Made by a program: the position numbers and the translations under genes
Shown here: piece by piece, positions 48,958 to 57,256 of the stretch
Layout: each line of letters opens with the position of its first letter
How positions within the stretch are numbered: position 1 is the stretch's first letter
Source: Candidatus Melainabacteria bacterium 17Bon1m
GTDB taxonomy: Bacteria > Cyanobacteriota > Vampirovibrionia > Obscuribacterales > Obscuribacteraceae
Reading direction: 5' to 3'
DNA: 64,000 bases
NCBI GenBank assembly: GCA_032128875.1
Contig: JAVLKG010000005.1
Coordinates: 416,001 to 480,000 of the forward strand
The notes under the pieces: generated by a model
Databases searched by the model: none
What the model saw: the letters and a program-made list of their open reading frames with translations, nothing else
What the model was told of the DNA's origin: nothing

Positions 48958-50361
48958 TCAGGCAGATGTCGGAATTTTCAGAAATGGGGCGTATATCTTT
49001 TCAATGTCATCAACCATCACTTGCACGCTTCGCTCGTCCTTTATGTTGGAACGGAATTTTTCGAGCAGTCCTTTCTCCGTGACTACTCTCAATAGCTGCT
49101 GCTTCAACGACTCGACTGAATTTAGAGTGAACAATAATCCAGTGTTGTCGTGATCGATGATTTCGGCCATGCCGCCCAAATCAGTGGCAATGAGCGGTGT
49201 TTTCGTTGCCAGGGCAGACTGCATTACGAGAGGCGTATTTTCGTACCACCTAGATGGAATCACCAGAACATCAATGTTAGAGAGTATTTCGCCAAATTTC
49301 TCTTGCGGGAAAGTGCCTTTGAAAGCAATCTTTTTTGAGTTGGAAGAACCATCTTGAGCCATGTCTAAGAGCTTCTTTCCATACTCTGGAAATTGGTCTG
49401 TCGAGCCGTAAATGGACAGGTTGCATTTTTCGTCTTCAGGCAGGGCGAGGAAGGCTTTGATAAGTAAGTCCACGCCTTTGTGTTCAAACAGAGTACCGAT
49501 GAAAGCAATTCGTACAAGTGGGGACTCGGACTTCTTCGTATGCGGTGTGAGCGCATCGAGCCGAATTCCGAAAGGCACGTGATGAATCAGTTTTTCGTCT
49601 ATGCCGTTTTCAACGAAAACATCACCCATGAGTTTTGTCGGCACGAGTATTGCCTGCAACTTGTTGGCTGCTGCTCGCAGTTTGCCGGGGCGGCTCAGGG
49701 TCGCCTTTGTCGCGTCAGGAAGTTTTGTTGCAATATAGGCTGAGTATGCTGCTTTCACTGCCGCATCCTGCACTGCCGATGCACCCTTTGTCGAAGGATA
49801 TTTTGCCCCCAGCGCTTCCTTAAACTCAGACAGGGGCGGAAACAACCTGGGCGTATAACAGTCAAGGCACTTTATTGCTCCCGGTCCAGGTCCCCGGCAA
49901 ACCGTACCGTCAGGTCGTTTTAGCTGCACTATCGGGCAGACGAACCAGAAGTCTGTCGAGTAAAACACTACAGGAATGCTCATTTCCCTTGCAACATCGA
50001 TAATTGCGGCTGAGTGATTCTGAGCATGGACAATTTGCACCAAATCCGGTTTGAAGTCGTTCAAAAGCTCTTTGAAATGCGCCGCCACGTGCGGGTGATC
50101 GTACTCGAAGGAGAAGCGATATCCCTTGAGCCTGAGCGCTTCTTCGATGACATGTACTCTAATTCCTTCGTACACATAATTGGACGTTTCGCAATCATGA
50201 GTTTCTTTTCTGCGTGCATCAACATCAGGCGGATTGGCAGTGACGATGAGGACGTCGTAGCCGCGTTCTTTCAATTCCTTGGCGATGTTCAACGTGAGCA
50301 CTTCAGTGCCCGCGCGGTGTTCGGGAAAGAACTTATGAACGGTTAGTAGGACCCTTTTCAT
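48958..50361 (-). CDS. GT4 glycosyltransferase
   Basis: HKFFP..AGTE, TDFWFVCP, HKGVD, PSRWYENTP; ATG 50361 preferred. Confidence 0.9.
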   Translation of the reverse strand: MKRVLLTVHKFFPEHRAGTEVLTLNIAKELKERGYDVLIVTANPPDVDARRKETHDCETSNYVYEGIRVHVIEEALRLKGYRFSFEYDHPHVAAHFKELLNDFKPDLVQIVHAQNHSAAIIDVAREMSIPVVFYSTDFWFVCPIVQLKRPDGTVCRGPGPGAIKCLDCYTPRLFPPLSEFKEALGAKYPSTKGASAVQDAAVKAAYSAYIATKLPDATKATLSRPGKLRAAANKLQAILVPTKLMGDVFVENGIDEKLIHHVPFGIRLDALTPHTKKSESPLVRIAFIGTLFEHKGVDLLIKAFLALPEDEKCNLSIYGSTDQFPEYGKKLLDMAQDGSSNSKKIAFKGTFPQEKFGEILSNIDVLVIPSRWYENTPLVMQSALATKTPLIATDLGGMAEIIDHDNTGLLFTLNSVESLKQQLLRVVTEKGLLEKFRSNIKDERSVQVMVDDIEKIYAPFLKIPTSA

Positions 50362-50419
50362 GATTTGGCTTCGCGCGCAGCTTGAATGAACAAGCAAAAA
50401 CGCTTATTGCCCGCACAGT

Positions 50420-52009
50420 TTATTGCACTGCAATCGGTTGTTTTTCCTGTGTGCGTATTTGCTTACCCGCTGCCTCTTCCAGCATGGATGCCAGGCTCAT
50501 AGTCACGCTGAATTGCTCTTTTTGCTGCGCTTCTATTGCGTCTTCCATGCGAGCTATAAACGCCGGAGCAGTGGCATGTTTGCCAGCCGCTTTTCTGTAG
50601 CCTGCAACAAAAATGGTTGCAGCGGCCAGGCGCGGGCGTTTTTTCAGGAAGCGGAACCAGTGACGGGCGCGAAAGGCCAGCGATTGCTTTGAGAGCGTTT
50701 CGAACATCATCTGCTCGTAAGCGCACAAGACTTCCAGTGCATCTCTCAAACTTCTCTGTGTTCCTCTCATGTAGAGTGGGTCCGCTTTGCGAGCCTGATA
50801 ATGAGCTTTTGCTTGCTCGTATAGTGCGACCTTTTCTTCGGCTTTGCGAGCCAAGTTGAGGTTTGACGCCACAAACTCGCGAGCGTTCTTGCCGAATTGC
50901 AAGCGCATTTTTTCGTCTTTCAAAAGAGTGATAATTGCGTCTGCGAGCGCTTCTGCGGAGCGAGGTGGGACAATCAATCCACGCTCGTTGTGCAGGGCAT
51001 ATTCGCCCATGCCACCAGCAGTAGTGGCGACGACCGGTTTGCCGCTGGCCAGTCCCTCGATGCAGGTGAAAGGCGCATTGTCATACAAAGAGGGCACAAC
51101 GCACAGGTCGGCGGAGCGAACATAATTGGGCATTTCCATGAGCGGAATATGCGGAATGAATGTCACTTTGTCCAAGCAGTTGTTTTCTGCCAGGCGTTTT
51201 TTAAGCCAGGCGAGCATGGAGCCGCCTCCCGGTGCTGCATTGGTGTCGGCCCCTACGCAGATGAATCTGACATTCGGAACAGCTTTCACAACAGCCGGCA
51301 TCGCCTCGACCAGATAGTGAATGCCTTTGCGCTCTTCCAGGCGTCCTGCAAAGAAAACAGTAAGATTGCCGTCCGCTTGAAGGGCACGCGGACCTTCCGG
51401 CTTGAATTTGTCTGTGTCGACCGGGTATTTGATCACCTTTATGCGTTCAAATGGATAGCCGGTATCTTCAGCAACAAAGCCCGCCAGGTTGGCGCTCGGG
51501 GATATGACTTGATCTGCGAGCAAAATGCCTATGCGCTCGAGAATGCAAATCAGACGATTATCGAAGGACGGCGTCACGCCATGGAAACAATCACTGATGA
51601 ATTTGGAATGTGGAGTGTGCAGGTGAATGACGAGAGGTAATTCGCGCGTCATTGCATGGAATAGACCGCCTGCCAGGTGTTCCGGCACTTCGACGACTTC
51701 AAACGGCTTTTCTTTGTGCAATTCCATGAATCGCATCCAGAGCGCCACTGTCGTCTTGATTACATAGTGGCTCGCCGGCGCGGCGACGAGTGTGAGGTTG
51801 AGTTCTTCCAGCAGATGCTTCCAGGCGACGCGATGCACCAGCACTCCCTCTTCTCTGGAAGAGCGCGCGGCGTCTCCTGCAGACAGCGAGATGACTTCAA
51901 CGTCGTGCCCTGCTCTTGTGAGCGCATGGGCAATGTGATAATTGAAAGCGCCGACGCCGCCCCAACCTGTATCGGGCGGATATTCTCGCGAAATTAAGCA
52001 GATTCTCAT
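50420..52009 (-). CDS. GT4 glycosyltransferase with C-terminal extension
   Basis: SREYPPDTGWGG, AGRLEERKG, PSLYDNAPFTCIEG. Confidence 0.9.
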   Translation of the reverse strand: MRICLISREYPPDTGWGGVGAFNYHIAHALTRAGHDVEVISLSAGDAARSSREEGVLVHRVAWKHLLEELNLTLVAAPASHYVIKTTVALWMRFMELHKEKPFEVVEVPEHLAGGLFHAMTRELPLVIHLHTPHSKFISDCFHGVTPSFDNRLICILERIGILLADQVISPSANLAGFVAEDTGYPFERIKVIKYPVDTDKFKPEGPRALQADGNLTVFFAGRLEERKGIHYLVEAMPAVVKAVPNVRFICVGADTNAAPGGGSMLAWLKKRLAENNCLDKVTFIPHIPLMEMPNYVRSADLCVVPSLYDNAPFTCIEGLASGKPVVATTAGGMGEYALHNERGLIVPPRSAEALADAIITLLKDEKMRLQFGKNAREFVASNLNLARKAEEKVALYEQAKAHYQARKADPLYMRGTQRSLRDALEVLCAYEQMMFETLSKQSLAFRARHWFRFLKKRPRLAAATIFVAGYRKAAGKHATAPAFIARMEDAIEAQQKEQFSVTMSLASMLEEAAGKQIRTQEKQPIAVQ

Positions 52010-52318
52010 CGTCCCTCTTCACTTTCGGGTTCGGGCAGCGCCCAGAGCCACGTCCAGCCAGCATGCATGCCATTCGGCTTATAACATGGCATCTTATACA
52101 ATGTCATGGTCCTATTCATTAGGCCCAATTTACAGGTGTTTACCGGTCTAAAGCCGAACGTCCGATACCACGAGGCTTTGCAGCTGCCGCACGGTGCGGT
52201 TTGGCGGCGGCAAAATACCGCCGGTTAAGTCTTGGTAATGATTGCCCCTCTGAATTTTTCCATCAATTTCAGTTAGGCTTCCACTGGAATTGATGCTTAA
52301 ACCAGGGGTAACAACTCA

Positions 52319-53302
52319 ATGATTCTTGTCACCGGAGGCGCCGGGTACATCGGCAGTCACTTCGTTCGATACTACACGCAGTGCCGTCCGGCAGAAAAAA
52401 TTGTTGTTCTGGATAATCTGGTCGAAGGGCATCTTGAAGCTCTGGAAGGGCTATCGAATGTACACTTCGAACGTGCAGATATTAACGACTTCGATGCAGT
52501 AAAGGAGATTCTGAAAAAACATTCGGTAGATGCAGTCGTTCATTTTGCATCGTACTGCTACGTTGGAGAGTCACAAGAAAACCCCAGCAAGTACTACGAA
52601 AACAACGTTGTGGGATCCATCAGTCTATTTCGCGCGATGGATGAATGTGGTGTAAAGAAGCTTGTTTTTTCTTCGAGTTGTGCGACATACGGTGTGCCTA
52701 CAAAGTTGCCGATTGATGAGACTCATCCACAAAATCCTATCAACGTGTACGGATTGACGAAATTTTTGATCGAAAGAATTCTCGAAGGTTATGCCTATAC
52801 GAAGGACTGGAGTTTTACCGCTCTTAGGTATTTCAATGCTGCCGGAGCCCATCCGGAGGCTCTAATTGGCGAAAGCCACGCACCGGAAACACACATAATT
52901 CCGCTTGCCTTAAAGACTGCATTGGGCACAAAAGAACAACTGCATGTGTATGGAGATGACTATGAAACTCCTGATGGCAGCTGTATTCGCGATTATATCC
53001 ATGTGGAAGATTTGGCCTCGGCGCATTTACTGGCCGTGGAAAAATTATCTGAACAAAAGGGTGGACAATTCATCAACCTCGGCACTGCCCATGGTGCATC
53101 AGTAAAAGAAATCGTCGCTTTATGCGAAGAAATCACGGGCAAAAAAATCAATCATTCTTTCAGTCCTCGACGCTCTGGCGATCCCGCACGCCTGGTGGCC
53201 GATCCTGGCAAGGCTGTCAGTTATTTGGGATGGCGGCCGCAACATGATTTGCGTTCGATTATTGAGACCGCTTGGAAGTGGGAGCAAAACAAACGTTACT
53301 AA
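52319..53302 (+). CDS. galE: UDP-glucose 4-epimerase
   Basis: GGAGYIGSH, VGES, FSSSCATYG, YGLTK, LRYFNAAGA, PETHIIP, DGSCIRDYIHV. Confidence 0.95.
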   Translation: MILVTGGAGYIGSHFVRYYTQCRPAEKIVVLDNLVEGHLEALEGLSNVHFERADINDFDAVKEILKKHSVDAVVHFASYCYVGESQENPSKYYENNVVGSISLFRAMDECGVKKLVFSSSCATYGVPTKLPIDETHPQNPINVYGLTKFLIERILEGYAYTKDWSFTALRYFNAAGAHPEALIGESHAPETHIIPLALKTALGTKEQLHVYGDDYETPDGSCIRDYIHVEDLASAHLLAVEKLSEQKGGQFINLGTAHGASVKEIVALCEEITGKKINHSFSPRRSGDPARLVADPGKAVSYLGWRPQHDLRSIIETAWKWEQNKRY

Positions 53303-53303
53303 G

Positions 53304-55286
53304 ATGAATTCTGACGAACGGGTCGAAGCTCTCGCACGCGGGGTATTGATTCTCGCCTGCTCGCTTGCCGCTTTTGGTCTTGCCTTTGTGCTTCCTGACG
53401 GAAAACCGTTTGCCGATCAGGGCTTTAATTGGTATGTAAATTCCGGACAGCACAATCTGCTGGCGCCCAGAATTGCGTATGTCTTCTTTTGTCTTTCCCT
53501 CTCTATTTGCGCCGTGCTTCTCAATCGTGGAAAGACACTCTGCTTAGGTTTTACAAGAAGTCATTTCCCCATTCTTTCAGCCGTTGTTTACTTGTCGGTT
53601 CTCGCCTTTGGCGCTGCTGCTCTCATTCCTTTCGTCAATCAACTGGCAATATTGGGTGTATCGGTCATTCTCGTCTGCGTATCTGTTTTCGCCTTCCGGA
53701 TTTTGCCTCGAAGAACCGTTGATTTGCTGCTTTTGATTTCTGCCGTCGCCGCTTTTCTTATTGCATTGGTGCCTGGGCTGTCTTCGCTCCCAGACCTCTC
53801 TTCGCACTTCCCGGAATCAATTGCCGATATCGAAGCACACCAGGCACTTTCCACTGCTGCAAATGTTCAGCTCGCTCAAGGCGCAAAGCTTTTCCAGGCG
53901 GTTTCTGCCCGCTACGGCATTTTATGGCAATCGCTTCTCGGGGCTTGGACAACGCTCGTACATCCGCTAACGGTGGGTGATTCGATCATGTTTACTCGTT
54001 GGCTACACACTTTGTTTTTTGCATTTGCGTCATTTGCTTATTTCAAATTCTCTCGCAACAAAGTTATTGCAGCGTGTCTGGCAATTCTTTTCATCGCACC
54101 CTGGATGGAGCTCAGGCAGCCGCTTTTCGTTTTCCCTCAAGTGTCATCTTGGCGTTATTTTGGATTTGCGGCCGTACCACTGATAGTTCTTCTTTTAGAG
54201 CGGACCGCTGCTAAGACAAAGTTCTTTATATTGGGCATTACCGCAGGTCTTTGTCTTTTGTCTGACTTCGCTTCCGGTATTTCAATCGCCGTAGGGCTTC
54301 TGGCATATACCTGCTTTTTGAAACAGCAAGACGCTCGACTTAAATTGATTGGTTTGTATCTGGGTGGAATCATCATCTCAATTGCTGTTTTCTTTGGCAC
54401 CTTTGCTGCGATTTTCGGCTATGTGCCTTCTGCATCAGCGTTCATGATCGACCTAAAGAACACTATCTGGGAAGCTGCCGGCGGCACTGCTCCTGCTCTC
54501 AGCTATCCATTCGACCCGCTCGCTATTTTGATTCTTGTGCACACTGCATATGTATGCCTTTCGATTGTGTCGCAAGCAAAAGGTTCAGTTTCGCCGCGAA
54601 ACGCATTGCGGCTCTCTATCGGAATAATTTCGTTGTTGTGGTTTGTGCATTATGTGAATGAACCGAATACTTTTGCATTGCGAGCTTGCCGTGTGCTTTA
54701 TGCGTTCTTTTTGATTGACCTGTTTCGAATTCTGTTGGTCACTAAAAAGTTTCGCTTGCATGCAAAAGAACCGCTCTGGATGGCGCGTTTGCTGCTGCTT
54801 GCCATTGTCGTTCCGGCTGCTGTCTTGTCGTACCAGCCGGCTGCCGAAAAGGCTTGGGCAATGGTGGCTGGAGAGACCCGCAAAGACAGTGCCAAAGTGC
54901 TTGTTTCCGGCGTCTGGTTGCCGGAAGAAGTTGGTCGCGCATTGCAGCAAAAGGCGAAGTTTATCCAACGAATTTCGGGTCAAAAGCCCATCTATTACTT
55001 GACTGCAGACAGTTCTTTTATTCCGGTACTGTCGCAAAAAGTTTCCGCTGCACCTGTGGCGGACCCGACCAACTTGGTTTTTGCAAAGCAGTGCGATCGG
55101 CTCGTACAAGCAATAACAAATGCAGGAGCGAATGAAATTTTTGTGGACGATCCTGATTTTGTCACGTCGAAAGGCGTGGTGCGACGGAGCTGTTTTGATT
55201 ATTTGCGCGTCCTTCTCTCTCGAAATTACCAGCTTGTAAGCACGTCTGACGGCTGGCAGGTCTGGCAGAAAAAACAACGCCAGTAG
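53304..55286 (+). CDS. Polytopic membrane protein, possible GT-C-like transferase
   Basis: ~13 hydrophobic segments and a soluble C-terminal tail; ATG 1 nt after the galE stop. Confidence 0.65.
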   Translation: MNSDERVEALARGVLILACSLAAFGLAFVLPDGKPFADQGFNWYVNSGQHNLLAPRIAYVFFCLSLSICAVLLNRGKTLCLGFTRSHFPILSAVVYLSVLAFGAAALIPFVNQLAILGVSVILVCVSVFAFRILPRRTVDLLLLISAVAAFLIALVPGLSSLPDLSSHFPESIADIEAHQALSTAANVQLAQGAKLFQAVSARYGILWQSLLGAWTTLVHPLTVGDSIMFTRWLHTLFFAFASFAYFKFSRNKVIAACLAILFIAPWMELRQPLFVFPQVSSWRYFGFAAVPLIVLLLERTAAKTKFFILGITAGLCLLSDFASGISIAVGLLAYTCFLKQQDARLKLIGLYLGGIIISIAVFFGTFAAIFGYVPSASAFMIDLKNTIWEAAGGTAPALSYPFDPLAILILVHTAYVCLSIVSQAKGSVSPRNALRLSIGIISLLWFVHYVNEPNTFALRACRVLYAFFLIDLFRILLVTKKFRLHAKEPLWMARLLLLAIVVPAAVLSYQPAAEKAWAMVAGETRKDSAKVLVSGVWLPEEVGRALQQKAKFIQRISGQKPIYYLTADSSFIPVLSQKVSAAPVADPTNLVFAKQCDRLVQAITNAGANEIFVDDPDFVTSKGVVRRSCFDYLRVLLSRNYQLVSTSDGWQVWQKKQRQ

Positions 55287-55395
55287 CTGCCCCGCAATCG
55301 GCGCAGCAAAGCCCTTCCAATCACGCGAGGGCCCTAGGCAACACTCGCGTACAGGGCTCTCGCACTACCACCACCTGTGGTGCGCAAAATCCTAT
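55286..55395 (-). ncRNA. Candidate structured small RNA downstream of the promoter
   Basis: Three consecutive GC-rich stem-loops in non-coding DNA; no known family recognised. Confidence 0.3.
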
Positions 55396-55401
55396 ATATC
55401 T

Positions 55402-55429
55402 ATTATACATACGCGCGTATGTATGTCAA
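55402..55429 (-). promoter_or_regulatory. Consensus sigma70 promoter overlapped by a perfect 20-bp palindromic operator
   Basis: Minus strand TTGACA-16 nt-TATAAT; ATACATACGCGCGTATGTAT (55405-55424) is a perfect palindrome. Confidence 0.7.
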
Positions 55430-55467
55430 TCGAAAAGTCAGTCCTACTGCTCTCGCTCTAGTCTTGC

Positions 55468-57024
55468 TTACTTCACTTCCAGAATCAAACCGCGATTAGC
55501 TCCTATGACTTTCGCAGATATGTTGATAGTGTTTATCCCTCGACCTTTTGCTTCCGGTAATTTCCAGGAGAGCCACGAGCCATTTTTGTTTCCGAGACTG
55601 AACATTTCGCCATTGTCGAAATGTTTTGCTGCATCCACATTCGTTATGTAGAGCGATGCGCCCTTGAGCCCTGTGCCTCCTAGGGTAATTTCCTTCGCAT
55701 TGATAGGCGTTTCTAAATTGAGCTCGATGAATGGCTTTCTCAAAGGCATATTGCGGAAGTCGTCCGCCAATTTCATTGGATATACAACAACAATTTTGTT
55801 GTCTGTCTGTTGGATTTGTAAATTGGGCGGAATGCAGTCGTTGACGCGTAACTGGGCGTCTTTCGATGTGGGCTCACTGGACTTTGTGCCAAGAATCGGC
55901 GCAAAATCCTTTTCTAAAACATCAGCCGCATGAACACCGTAAGCATATGTTGCCCATCTGTTCGGATGCGCGTTGGCAGGATTTACGCCAAAGGACAGGA
56001 CACCCTTTTTTACAAGGCTGTCTTCTTTTCTGGCTGCGTTGATCCATGTGTCGTAGCTGTCTACAACACGAACATCGCGATCCTCGAAGGCTTTTTTGAT
56101 CGGCGGAAAAACGCGATCATAATGTGCCTTGATTCCGTCGAAGTCGACTTTTCCAGGGCACTCATATGGCAAAAGCATGATGAATGAAGGGATGGAGAGG
56201 CTGTGCAGATAATTTGCTGTATTGTCGAGCGTTTTGCCGTACATGCTCCAGTTCTCGCCGGAAAGCAGGCTAAACTCCCAATTGGGCGGGTTATCCTTTG
56301 TGAATTCACCTGAGCGTGTCTTACGCAGATAAGCTTCCCGCAACGCGATCAGTTGATGTGAAAGATGTGGGTACAGTCCTTTGAATGCTTCGAGTAATCC
56401 ATTTTGGCGATGAGGACGGAATAGCAACTTCTGGTCGAAGTCTGCTGTTTGCATTCGCGACATTTCGTCTGCGTCATTGGGAATATATCCCCAAATCACG
56501 AGGTCAGGCTTGAATTTCGGGATTACCTTTTTGGCAGCATCGAGTTCTAAGCGCGTGTTTAAGCCCTGCATTCCGGCTGCGATTATTTCTACATCTTTGT
56601 AGCCGCGACGCTCCAATTCTCTGGCCAGCTGACGCCACCAGATGTCGTTCATGTTGTTGTAACCATGACCCCATACGAAAGAATCGCCAATTACCAGAAT
56701 GCGATGAGCTTTGGCAGACTTCTCTGCGACCGGCCACAAACTGGAGTGCCAGACAGGATTTTGATTGAGATCTGCTTTATTCCTGGCGTGTGCCCAGTAA
56801 TAGATGAAATCGTCCTCTTCTGTCCACGACGCTGAAACGATTTTGCCTTCGTCTTCCAAGGCAGGGATGATCAAGCGATCAAGCACAACAGAGACAAGCA
56901 AGATGAATGCCAGCGAAATCGAGAAATACTTAACGCTAAGTTGCGGAAATATTGCCGCTTTCGTATGAGGTTTCTCTGATTTTTCAGCGCTAATTTTTTG
57001 AGTCACTTCGCCGGCAGCAATCAC
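55468..57024 (-). CDS. Membrane-anchored SGNH-family protein, paralog of 43635-45215
   Basis: LDRLIIP, NPVW, RILVIGDSFVWG, WWRQL, PNDADE, NPANAHP, NDCIPP, MPLR shared with the paralog. Confidence 0.8.
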   Translation of the reverse strand: MIAAGEVTQKISAEKSEKPHTKAAIFPQLSVKYFSISLAFILLVSVVLDRLIIPALEDEGKIVSASWTEEDDFIYYWAHARNKADLNQNPVWHSSLWPVAEKSAKAHRILVIGDSFVWGHGYNNMNDIWWRQLARELERRGYKDVEIIAAGMQGLNTRLELDAAKKVIPKFKPDLVIWGYIPNDADEMSRMQTADFDQKLLFRPHRQNGLLEAFKGLYPHLSHQLIALREAYLRKTRSGEFTKDNPPNWEFSLLSGENWSMYGKTLDNTANYLHSLSIPSFIMLLPYECPGKVDFDGIKAHYDRVFPPIKKAFEDRDVRVVDSYDTWINAARKEDSLVKKGVLSFGVNPANAHPNRWATYAYGVHAADVLEKDFAPILGTKSSEPTSKDAQLRVNDCIPPNLQIQQTDNKIVVVYPMKLADDFRNMPLRKPFIELNLETPINAKEITLGGTGLKGASLYITNVDAAKHFDNGEMFSLGNKNGSWLSWKLPEAKGRGINTINISAKVIGANRGLILEVK

Positions 57025-57256
57025 AATAGGTCCTTCACTGGTTTCATCGACCAGGCACGATGGTTAGCCTGGTTTTCTTTCTTAGGCCTGCCAAGCATTC
57101 TATATTTGTCCAATACTCAAGACGTTAGTCGAATCTAAAGAAGCATCTTTGGTTATAGATGTTTCTGCCTTACTGTCTCAATTTGCTGTATATTCTCCAA
57201 AATTGATTTTTTCGTTCCTGATCTGAAAAACGCGCTGAGCGCTAGGTTCTCATTAG

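Noticed and set aside
50897-51640. Long antisense ORFs (also 54585-55277, 24097-24708, 17679-18263)
   Set aside because: They lie opposite well-supported genes and have no recognisable motifs; treated as shadow ORFs
55286-55395. SRP RNA, tRNA or CRISPR identity for the hairpin cluster
   Set aside because: Lacks the SRP helix-8 motif, a cloverleaf/T-loop and any repeat-spacer periodicity
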